From Flavobacteriales bacterium (GTDB taxonomy: Bacteria; Bacteroidota; Bacteroidia; Flavobacteriales; BACL11), in the NCBI GenBank assembly GCA_012960805.1, contig DUAO01000010.1, positions 1 to 40,906 of the forward strand: DNA of 40,906 nucleotides, written 5' to 3'. Shown here piece after piece: positions 19,393-27,353 of this stretch; the stretch's first letter is position 1, and each line of letters opens with the position of its first letter. Below the pieces are notes generated by a model, which ran no database searches, was not told where the DNA came from, and saw only the letters and a list, made by a program, of their open reading frames with translations. The position numbers were made by a program, and so were the translations under genes.

Positions 19393-20745
19393 ATGTCTAA
19401 AGAAATAAGATTAAAAAAAGGTTTAATCATCAATTTAGTCGGTGAAGCCGAAAAAATATACGCATCCGTAAAAGCTACTGATCATTATGTAGTAAAGCCT
19501 ACAGACTTTCATGGGTTAACACCAAAACTAACTGTAAAGGTTGGAGATAAAGTGAAGGCAGGAAGTCCATTATTTTTTGATAAATATAACGATAAAGTAA
19601 ACTTCTGCTCCCCAGTAAGTGGTGAGGTAGTTGATATTGTAAGAGGAGCAAAAAGAAAAGTGCTAGAGATAGCCCTTAAAGCTGATGCTGAAATTGTTTA
19701 TGAAGGGTTTGCTACCGCTACCGCTGCTAGCTTGTCTCGCGAGCATATTATTGACGTTATGCTTAAATCAGGGGTGTGGCCATTTATAAGGCAAAAACCT
19801 TATGATATTATTGCAACCCCTACAGATATGCCAAAAGCAATTTTTATCTCTGCTTTTAATTCTGCACCTTTAGCAATAGATATTGATTTTGCTCTTTATG
19901 GAATGGATGAATTATTCCAAACTGGATTGGATTATATTGTAAAGTTAACTAATGGTAAAACGCATCTGAATATTGATGGAAATACTAATCCTTCAAAAGT
20001 ATTTAAAGGGGCAAAAGGAGTAGAATTAAATAAAATTACTGGATTGCATCCTGCAGGAAATGTAGGAGTACAGATTCATCATCTTAATCCTATTAATAAA
20101 GGAGAAGTTGTATGGTATTTGCAGCCTCAGGATGTGATAGCAATTGCAAAATTATTCACTGAAGGAAAGTATGATGTATCCCGCATTATCTCCTTAGCAG
20201 GATCTCAAATTTTAAAACCAAGATATTACCGTACAATTGCAGGAGCGTCTATTGCTAATTTATTAGTTAACAATCTGAAAGCAGGAGATAACAGAGTCAT
20301 TTCTGGTGATGTTTTAACCGGCCAGCATATTGATGCAGACGGAACTTTAGGGTTTTATCATACAACCGTTACTGTAATTGAAGAAGGAAAAGAGCAGGAA
20401 TTTTTAGGATGGATTATGCCAGGATTAGATAAATTTTCTGCAGGAAAAACATTTCTTTCTTGGTTAATGCCAAGTAAAAAATATGCTTTGAATGCAAATA
20501 TGCATGGCGAGGAACGCGCTTATGTAATGACAGGGGAATATGAAAAAGTATTACCTATGGATATTTATCCAACTCAATTAATTAAAGCCTGTATGATTGA
20601 GGATATTGAGTTGATGGAAAACTTAGGGATTTATGAAGTTTCTCCTGAAGATTTAGCACTTTGCGAATTTGTTTGTACTTCCAAAATTGAGGTGCAATCA
20701 ATTATTCGTCATGGTTTGGATTTAGTAAGAAAAGAAAATAGTTAA
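19393..20745 (+). CDS. nqrA: Na+-translocating NADH:quinone oxidoreductase subunit A
   Basis: 450 aa. It is the first gene of a six-gene nqr operon, with N-terminus IRLKKGLIINLVGEAEK and NqrA-like length and order. Confidence 0.9.
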   Translation: MSKEIRLKKGLIINLVGEAEKIYASVKATDHYVVKPTDFHGLTPKLTVKVGDKVKAGSPLFFDKYNDKVNFCSPVSGEVVDIVRGAKRKVLEIALKADAEIVYEGFATATAASLSREHIIDVMLKSGVWPFIRQKPYDIIATPTDMPKAIFISAFNSAPLAIDIDFALYGMDELFQTGLDYIVKLTNGKTHLNIDGNTNPSKVFKGAKGVELNKITGLHPAGNVGVQIHHLNPINKGEVVWYLQPQDVIAIAKLFTEGKYDVSRIISLAGSQILKPRYYRTIAGASIANLLVNNLKAGDNRVISGDVLTGQHIDADGTLGFYHTTVTVIEEGKEQEFLGWIMPGLDKFSAGKTFLSWLMPSKKYALNANMHGEERAYVMTGEYEKVLPMDIYPTQLIKACMIEDIELMENLGIYEVSPEDLALCEFVCTSKIEVQSIIRHGLDLVRKENS

Positions 20746-20746
20746 A

Positions 20747-21895
20747 ATGAAATTATTTAAAAATATTTTAGCGTCAGTAAAACCTCACTTTGAAAAAGGA
20801 GGGAAGCTTGAAAAAATGTATCCGGCATATGATGCTTTTGAAACATTTTTATTTGTTCCTGATCATACAACTCATGCAGGTTCTCACATTCGTGATGCTA
20901 TTGATTTGAAAAGAACAATGATTACAGTAGTGTTGGCATTAATGCCGGCTTTGTTTTTTGGAATGTGGAATGTAGGGCAATTGCACTTTACGGCTATTGG
21001 TGAAGAGTTTACGCTAATGTCAGCTTTTACTTTTGGTGCTTTAAAAATGTTACCACTTATTATTGTTTCCTATGCGGTTGGCTTAGGTGTAGAATTTGCT
21101 TTTGCTATTTCAAGAGGTCATTCAGTAAATGAGGGGTATTTAGTTACAGGAATGTTGATTCCTATGACTATGCCTATTGATGTCCCTTTATGGATGTTAG
21201 CTGTTTCAGTAGTGTTTGCAGTTATTATTGGTAAAGAAGTATTTGGTGGTACGGGCATGAATATTTTAAACCCTGCACTTACAGCAAGGGCATTCCTGTT
21301 CTTTGCTTACCCGTCATTTATGTCAGGTGATAAAGTATGGATTAATACTGGTGATTCAGCTACTGTTGATGGATTTTCAGGAGCCACACCTTTAGCCGAC
21401 TTAGCTGCTAACATCCCATTGGATATGAGTTTGATTGGCAGTTTCTTTTACGGAAATATAGCGGGTTCAGTAGGAGAAACTTCAACTTTGGCTATACTTA
21501 TCGGAGCAGGGATTTTATTAGTTACGGGTATTGCTTCATGGCGTACTATGATATCTGTATTTATTGGAGGTTATGTAATGGGGTTATTATTTAATCTGTG
21601 GGGAGCAAATGAGTTTATGATGATTCCTTCTTATGTACATTTATTATTAGGTGGTTTTGCATTTGGAGCTGTATTTATGGCAACTGATCCTGTTACCGCA
21701 GCACAAACTAATACAGCTAAATATATTGTTGGTTTCTTAATTGGAATGTTAGCAATACTGATAAGAGTATTCAATCCTGCATATCCCGAAGGGATGATGT
21801 TAGCCATCTTATTCATGAATGTATTTGCGCCACTAGTAGATCATTATGTAGTGGGAGCGAATATAAAAAGAAGATTAAAACGAGTAAAAGTATAA
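20747..21895 (+). CDS. nqrB: Na+-NQR subunit B
   Basis: 382 aa polytopic membrane protein. It contains the FMN-attachment motif GFSGATPL (SGAT threonine). Confidence 0.92.
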   Translation: MKLFKNILASVKPHFEKGGKLEKMYPAYDAFETFLFVPDHTTHAGSHIRDAIDLKRTMITVVLALMPALFFGMWNVGQLHFTAIGEEFTLMSAFTFGALKMLPLIIVSYAVGLGVEFAFAISRGHSVNEGYLVTGMLIPMTMPIDVPLWMLAVSVVFAVIIGKEVFGGTGMNILNPALTARAFLFFAYPSFMSGDKVWINTGDSATVDGFSGATPLADLAANIPLDMSLIGSFFYGNIAGSVGETSTLAILIGAGILLVTGIASWRTMISVFIGGYVMGLLFNLWGANEFMMIPSYVHLLLGGFAFGAVFMATDPVTAAQTNTAKYIVGFLIGMLAILIRVFNPAYPEGMMLAILFMNVFAPLVDHYVVGANIKRRLKRVKV

Positions 21896-21898
21896 TTT

Positions 21899-22663
21899 AT
21901 GGATGTAAATAAAAATTCGTACACTTTGGGTTTTGCCGCTATAATGGTAATTATTGTTGCTGCATTATTATCCGTTGCTTTTATTCAGTTAAAACCATTT
22001 CAAGATAGAAATATTGAATTAGAAAAAAAACAAAATATCTTAAGTTCAGTAGGTGTTAAGGTGAAAAGAGATGCTGCTGAGAAGGCTTATGATACTTATA
22101 TTACAAGTAAATTAGTACTTAATAATAAAGGAGAAGAAGTAGAGGGCTCTGCTTTTGATGTTGATTTAGGTAAAGAGATTAAAAAAGATGTAAATACTCA
22201 ACTATTACCACTATTTATTAGTGAAGTAGATGGAGCTAAAAGGTATATAATACCATTAAGAGGCAAGGGTCTTTGGGGGCCGATATGGGGCTTTATTGCA
22301 TTGGAAGATGATTTAAATAAGGTTTATGGTGCTGTATTTGATCATGAGAAGGAAACTCCAGGGTTAGGTGCTGAAATTAATACGCCAATGTTTCAAGATC
22401 CATTTGCTAGTAAAGCAATTTTCGAAGGAGAAGTGTTTACTTCAATTAAAGTTATAAAAGGAGGTCCTAAAGAAGGAGATATGCATGCTGTAGATGGAAT
22501 TTCAGGAGGTACAATTACTTCAGTTGGGGTTCATGATATGTTATCAGAAAGGTTAAGTATGTATTTGCCTTATTTTGCTAAAATAAAATCTGGCTTTGTG
22601 GTTGATTCTATTTTTTTGGAAATAGATTCAGTAGCAGTTGTCAATGATTCAATAATAAATTAA
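21899..22663 (+). CDS. nqrC: Na+-NQR subunit C
   Basis: 254 aa with a single N-terminal TM helix. It has the FMN-attachment motif DGISGGTITS, and GLWGPIWGFIAL is typical of NqrC. Confidence 0.9.
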   Translation: MDVNKNSYTLGFAAIMVIIVAALLSVAFIQLKPFQDRNIELEKKQNILSSVGVKVKRDAAEKAYDTYITSKLVLNNKGEEVEGSAFDVDLGKEIKKDVNTQLLPLFISEVDGAKRYIIPLRGKGLWGPIWGFIALEDDLNKVYGAVFDHEKETPGLGAEINTPMFQDPFASKAIFEGEVFTSIKVIKGGPKEGDMHAVDGISGGTITSVGVHDMLSERLSMYLPYFAKIKSGFVVDSIFLEIDSVAVVNDSIIN

Positions 22664-22667
22664 GATT

Positions 22668-23312
22668 ATGAGTAAAGATTCCTTATTTTCTAAAAAGAAT
22701 ATAAAATTATTAAGCGATCCGCTTAATGATGAGAATCCTATTACAGTACAGGCATTGGGTGTATGTTCCGCATTAGCAATTACAGTACAACTAAAGCCGG
22801 CAATTGTAATGGCAATTTCAGTAATGGTTGTATTGGCTGTTGCAAATGTCCTTATTTCACTAATGCGTAAATTAATTCCTTCTAGAATTAGAATTATTGT
22901 ACAGTTAGTGGTTATTGCTGCCTTAGTAATTTTAGTAGACCAAGTGCTAAAAGCTTTTGCTTATGATGTAAGTAAAGAGCTTTCAGTATTTGTAGGATTA
23001 ATTATTACTAACTGTATTATTATGGGCCGGCTGGAAGCTTTTGGAATGGCGAATGGACCTTGGGAGTCATTCCTTGATGGAATAGGCAGTTCCTTTGGTT
23101 ATGCATGGATATTAATTGTAGTTGCTTTCTTCCGCGAATTATTAGGTTCAGGTACCCTCTATGGTTATCCTGTGTTGGAAAAGATTGGATTGTATGAAAC
23201 TGGGTATGAAAATAATGGGATGATGATTTTACCACCAATGGCACTTATTACAGTAGGAATTATCATCTGGATTCAACGTATGAAAAACGAAAAATTAATA
23301 GAATCTAAATAA
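22668..23312 (+). CDS. nqrD: Na+-NQR subunit D
   Basis: 214 aa, six-TM NqrD/RnfE family ([26 protein letters not shown]). Confidence 0.9.
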   Translation: MSKDSLFSKKNIKLLSDPLNDENPITVQALGVCSALAITVQLKPAIVMAISVMVVLAVANVLISLMRKLIPSRIRIIVQLVVIAALVILVDQVLKAFAYDVSKELSVFVGLIITNCIIMGRLEAFGMANGPWESFLDGIGSSFGYAWILIVVAFFRELLGSGTLYGYPVLEKIGLYETGYENNGMMILPPMALITVGIIIWIQRMKNEKLIESK

Positions 23313-23320
23313 ATAGCAAT

Positions 23321-23938
23321 ATGCAAGATTTAGCCAATATATTTATCAAGTCAATTTTTATTGACAATATGGTATTTGCCTATTTTTTAGGAATGTGTTC
23401 CTATTTGGCAGTTTCTAAAACGGTAAAAACTTCTATAGGATTAGGGGTCGCAGTAATTTTTGTTTTAGGTATTACTGTTCCAATAAATTACTTATTAGAA
23501 AACTATGTGCTTAAAGAAGGAGCCTTGGTTTGGTTGTCAGAAGAGTTTACCACTGTTGATTTGTCTTTTCTTTCCTTTATTATGTTTATTGCAGTTATTG
23601 CATCTATGGTGCAATTAGTAGAAATGGTCATTGAGAAGTTCTCCCCAGCACTTTATAGTTCATTAGGGATATTCTTGCCCCTAATTGCAGTAAACTGTGC
23701 CATTTTAGGAGGTTCACTTTTCATGCAAGAAAATGATTACACAAACATTACTGAAGCTACTGTATTTGGCTTAGGATCTGGTATTGGTTGGCTCTTAGCA
23801 ATTGTAGCATTAGGGTCAATTAGAGAGAAAATAAGATACTCAAATGTACCTCCAGCACTTAGAGGCTTGGGTATTACCTACATTATTACAGGACTTATGG
23901 GTATTGCGTTTATGAGTTTTATGGGTATTAAATTATAA
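23321..23938 (+). CDS. nqrE: Na+-NQR subunit E
   Basis: 205 aa, NqrE/RnfA family ([28 protein letters not shown]). Confidence 0.9.
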   Translation: MQDLANIFIKSIFIDNMVFAYFLGMCSYLAVSKTVKTSIGLGVAVIFVLGITVPINYLLENYVLKEGALVWLSEEFTTVDLSFLSFIMFIAVIASMVQLVEMVIEKFSPALYSSLGIFLPLIAVNCAILGGSLFMQENDYTNITEATVFGLGSGIGWLLAIVALGSIREKIRYSNVPPALRGLGITYIITGLMGIAFMSFMGIKL

Positions 23939-23954
23939 AAAGACGATTGATAGA

Positions 23955-25271
23955 ATGATATTATTAAGTACAATAACAACAATAGTAAGTAGTATAGTCG
24001 TTTTCCTTTTGGTTATTTTTACTTTGGTAGGTGTTTTGCTTTTTGTAAAAGCAAAATTATCTCCTTCAGGTAAAATCACTATTAAGATAAATGGAGAAAA
24101 AGAGATTGTAGTTGATGGTGGCAACACGCTATTGACAACTCTAAGTAATGAAGGGATATTTTTACCATCTGCTTGTGGTGGAGGCGGAACTTGTATTCAA
24201 TGTACTTGTCAAGTAAATTCAGGTGGAGGTGGTATTTTACCCACTGAGGAACCTCATTTTTCTCGTAAAGAAATTACTAATAATTACAGATTAAGTTGTC
24301 AGGTTAAGGTGAGGGAGGATATGGATATTCATATTCCAGAAGAAGTATTTGGAGTTAAAAAATGGGAAGCAACAGTTGTTTCAAATTATAATGTAGCAAC
24401 CTACATTAAGGAATTTATCATTGAGACCCCTGAAGATATGCCATATGAAGCCGGTGGGTATATTCAGATTGAAATTCCTAATTGTGAGATTCCTTTTTCT
24501 GAAATGGATATAACTGCACATCCTGAGGATCACGCTGGCGAACCAAATAAATTTGATAAGGATTGGGCAGAAGGACCGTTTGCAATGCGTCATTTGGTAA
24601 TGAAGAATGATGAGGATATCGTAAGAGCTTATTCTATGGCTTCTTATCCTGCTGAAGGAAGAAAAATTATGTTGAATGTCAGGGTTGCCGCCCCACCTTT
24701 TGATGGAGATAAAGGAACTTGGTCTGATATCAATCCTGGTATAGCTTCATCTTATATTTTTGGGTGTAAACCAGGCGATAAAGTAACTATTTCAGGACCT
24801 TATGGTGAGTTCTTCATCAATAACTCTGAAGCTGAGATGTTATATATTGGTGGTGGTGCTGGTATGGCACCAATGCGTTCACATCTATATGAACTTTTCA
24901 AGACCTTAAAAACAGGAAGAAAAGTTTCTTACTGGTATGGAGGTAGATCAAAAGCAGAGTTATTCTATATCGAACATTTTCGTTCTTTAGAAAGAGAGTT
25001 TTCGAATTTCAAGTTCTTCTTAGTGCTTTCGGATGCTCAAGAAGGAGATAATTGGACTACAATGAAAGATATGAATGATACAGAAGGAGATGGTTTTACC
25101 GGTTTTGTTCACCAAGTGGTAATTGACCAATATTTAACAAACCATGAAGCGCCAGAAGATATCGAATTATATTTTTGCGGACCACCAATGATGAATCAAG
25201 CAGTTCTCAAAATGGCTGATGATTGGGGAATTCCTGATGAGAATGTTCGATTTGATGACTTTGGAGGATAA
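23955..25271 (+). CDS. nqrF: Na+-NQR subunit F
   Basis: 438 aa. It has an N-terminal TM helix, the 2Fe-2S motif CGGGGTCIQCTC, the FAD motif RAYSMAS and the NADH motif GGGAGMAPMRS. Confidence 0.95.
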   Translation: MILLSTITTIVSSIVVFLLVIFTLVGVLLFVKAKLSPSGKITIKINGEKEIVVDGGNTLLTTLSNEGIFLPSACGGGGTCIQCTCQVNSGGGGILPTEEPHFSRKEITNNYRLSCQVKVREDMDIHIPEEVFGVKKWEATVVSNYNVATYIKEFIIETPEDMPYEAGGYIQIEIPNCEIPFSEMDITAHPEDHAGEPNKFDKDWAEGPFAMRHLVMKNDEDIVRAYSMASYPAEGRKIMLNVRVAAPPFDGDKGTWSDINPGIASSYIFGCKPGDKVTISGPYGEFFINNSEAEMLYIGGGAGMAPMRSHLYELFKTLKTGRKVSYWYGGRSKAELFYIEHFRSLEREFSNFKFFLVLSDAQEGDNWTTMKDMNDTEGDGFTGFVHQVVIDQYLTNHEAPEDIELYFCGPPMMNQAVLKMADDWGIPDENVRFDDFGG

Positions 25272-25288
25272 TAAAAATTATTTACATT

Positions 25289-25513
25289 CTATACATCATA
25301 TTTATTTTCACAACAATCTTTTTCTTTTTGTATTGGAGGACAAGGAATCGTTCCATAAGAACAATAGACACAACAATCTCCTTTTTTAGCTTTTAGTAAT
25401 TTATCACACTCTTTGCAGGTGTAAAGATACTCACATGCATTTAAAGACATTGTTTCAGACTCCTTATGCTTACAATAAGGGCAGGTAATAACTGAGACTA
25501 GTATTATATTCAT
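25289..25513 (-). CDS. Small Cys-rich protein with a GDCCVxC motif (zinc-ribbon-like N-terminus)
   Basis: 74 aa with 11 Cys residues. It has CPYC...CKEC knuckles followed by KKGDCCVYCSYG and a terminal DCC. Its ATG overlaps the stop of the upstream DUF1801 gene (TAATG). Confidence 0.6.
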   Translation of the reverse strand: MNIILVSVITCPYCKHKESETMSLNACEYLYTCKECDKLLKAKKGDCCVYCSYGTIPCPPIQKEKDCCENKYDV

Positions 25514-25968
25514 TACCGTTTATAATTTTTCTCATATAAATCTATCCAATCTTGAGGGGTCATTTTTGTGCACAATTCTGCAATTAATGCAAAAGGAATT
25601 TCTTCTATTTTTTTAAAACGAATACAACTTTTACCCATATCTAATTTTTTACTGCAGTGTTTTGGGTATTCACTTACAAACCATTGCATCAGTTCATGGT
25701 TAGCATAAATCCCCATATGGTAAAGGGCTATAAAATTCTTTTGTGAAGCCAAATTCATAAACGGTAGTGGAAGCTCAGGCGTGCAATGGTAACCATCAGG
25801 ATAAAGCGAATGAGGAACAATCCAAGCGGGCATACCATAGCCTAATTTCTCCTTAAAACCATTTGGTAAATTTTTGCTAATAGTGCTAATTAATTCGTTC
25901 ATTATTGCTTTTCTTTCCGCAGGAATATTTTCTAAGTATTCGGAAATGGAACTTGCTTTAACTTTCAT
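25513..25968 (-). CDS. DUF1801 (YdhG-like) domain-containing protein
   Basis: 151 aa. The pattern SISEYLENIPAERKAIMNELISTI...YGMPAW...NFIALYHMG...GKSCIRFKK matches the DUF1801 family. Confidence 0.7.
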   Translation of the reverse strand: MKVKASSISEYLENIPAERKAIMNELISTISKNLPNGFKEKLGYGMPAWIVPHSLYPDGYHCTPELPLPFMNLASQKNFIALYHMGIYANHELMQWFVSEYPKHCSKKLDMGKSCIRFKKIEEIPFALIAELCTKMTPQDWIDLYEKNYKR

Positions 25969-26072
25969 GTTACAAATATATAGAAATAGGTTATAATAGT
26001 GAATATTAAAAATTTTACATTTTTCTAGTTTCTTATATCTTATATCTAATTTCTTACTTCTATCTTTGCTCT

Positions 26073-27071
26073 ATGAAAAATATTAGCTGCTTCTTTATTA
26101 TTATTTTATCTGCATGTTCATCTTCTGACAATAGAATTTTAGTGACAAATTCTGGTGAGGCACAAGGAAGTTATTATCATATAAAATATATGTCAGCTAA
26201 TGGTGATAATTATAAATCACAAATTGATAGTATTTTGTTAGAAATAGATAGTTCTCTTTCAATTTATAAAGATTATTCGCTAATTTCAAAATTGAATAAT
26301 GGCGGAAATTTAAACACAGATTCTCTTTTTAATCAGGTGTTCAATGCTGCAAATAAAGTGTATCAGCAAACGGAAGGAAATTTTGATTGCTCGGTAAGAC
26401 CACTTGTAAAGGCTTGGGGCTTTTATAAAGATAAATTAGGCGATTCTTTGGTTGTGGACTCTTTAAAATTTAGAAAATTATTGCCTTATGTTGGTTTTGA
26501 TAAAATAAGGTTGATGGCTGATTCCTTAGTATTACCAAAAGGCATGAGTTTGGATTTTAATTCCATTGCACAAGGGTTTACGGTTGATCTTATTGCAAAA
26601 TTCTTGGAGAGTAAAAACATTAAGAATTATCTAGTAGAGGTTGGTGGTGAATTGTTGGCAAAAGGCAAAAATGCCGATGGTGATATTTGGCGTGTTGGTG
26701 TGGATAAACCATCAGAAGATATTGATATGAAAGAGCGTTTTCAGTTTATTCTGGATTTGGAAAATAAAGCTTTAGCCACATCAGGGAATTATAGGAAATT
26801 CTATGAGAAAAATGGCGTAAAATATGCTCACACTATTAATCCGTTTTCTGGATTTCCTGCACAAAACAGATTATTAAGTGCTACGGTAATTCATGATAAT
26901 TGCATGTTGGCTGATGCATACGCAACAGCTTTTATGGTTATGGGGGTAAAAAAGAGCAAACAATTTGCTCTAGAACATCCTGAGCTGGAAATTTATCTGG
27001 TTTATACAGGAAAAGATGGTAGTTGGCAAACTTATATTAGCTCAGATATGAAAAAGCGAATTATAAACTAG
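26073..27071 (+). CDS. apbE: FAD:protein FMN transferase ApbE (lipoprotein)
   Basis: 332 aa with lipobox LSAC. ApbE family blocks are present: FDCSVRPLVKAWGF, SIAQGFTVD, LATSGNYRKF, HTINPFSGFP and DAYATAFMVMG. Confidence 0.9.
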   Translation: MKNISCFFIIILSACSSSDNRILVTNSGEAQGSYYHIKYMSANGDNYKSQIDSILLEIDSSLSIYKDYSLISKLNNGGNLNTDSLFNQVFNAANKVYQQTEGNFDCSVRPLVKAWGFYKDKLGDSLVVDSLKFRKLLPYVGFDKIRLMADSLVLPKGMSLDFNSIAQGFTVDLIAKFLESKNIKNYLVEVGGELLAKGKNADGDIWRVGVDKPSEDIDMKERFQFILDLENKALATSGNYRKFYEKNGVKYAHTINPFSGFPAQNRLLSATVIHDNCMLADAYATAFMVMGVKKSKQFALEHPELEIYLVYTGKDGSWQTYISSDMKKRIIN

Positions 27072-27271
27072 GCATTTTCATTTTTACATTTCTCCTCTGG
27101 CTTAGCACCACAAATCCCACAAGCTTCACCTTCTTTGTTTAAAAAAGGACTTTGGCTCGCACAAGTACCTGAGAATTTTCCGTTTTTCTTGAAAAGAATT
27201 TTAATTCCAATTGCTGCAAATACAAAGGCAAGCATAAAAACAGTAATGAAAAAGATTTGTGAAAAGCTCAT
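27068..27271 (-). CDS. nqrM: (Na+)-NQR maturation protein NqrM
   Basis: 67 aa from the ATG at 27271. It has one N-terminal TM helix and the Cys motif GTCASQSPFLNKEGEACGICGAKPEEKC typical of NqrM/DUF539. The ORF-track start at 27298 is a GTG lying inside a TATTTTTG -7 box (27288-27295, minus strand). Confidence 0.8.
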   Translation of the reverse strand: MSFSQIFFITVFMLAFVFAAIGIKILFKKNGKFSGTCASQSPFLNKEGEACGICGAKPEEKCKNENA

Positions 27272-27295
27272 TGCACTTAATTTGTAACAAAAATA

Positions 27296-27334
27296 CACAA
27301 AAAGAAAGGGCTACTTAAATAGTAGCCCTTTTTT
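27296..27334 (-). terminator. Rho-independent terminator downstream of the 27354-29594 gene (hairpin usable on both strands)
   Basis: AAAGGGCTACT (27305-27315), loop taaat, AGTAGCCCTTT (27321-27331). T-rich tracts flank it on both strands. Confidence 0.7.
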
Positions 27335-27353
27335 ATAATCTGCAAATAAATTA

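Noticed and set aside
17701-24593. Short ORFs overlapping pruA and the nqr genes (17701-17907, 21631-21816, 23020-23244, 23933-24127, 24381-24593)
   Set aside because: They are nested in or antisense to well-supported genes and show no recognisable motifs.
26032-26045. Tandem CTTATAT x2 in the DUF1801/apbE intergenic region
   Set aside because: There are only two copies of a 7-mer in low-complexity AT-rich spacer DNA. That is insufficient to call a repeat element.
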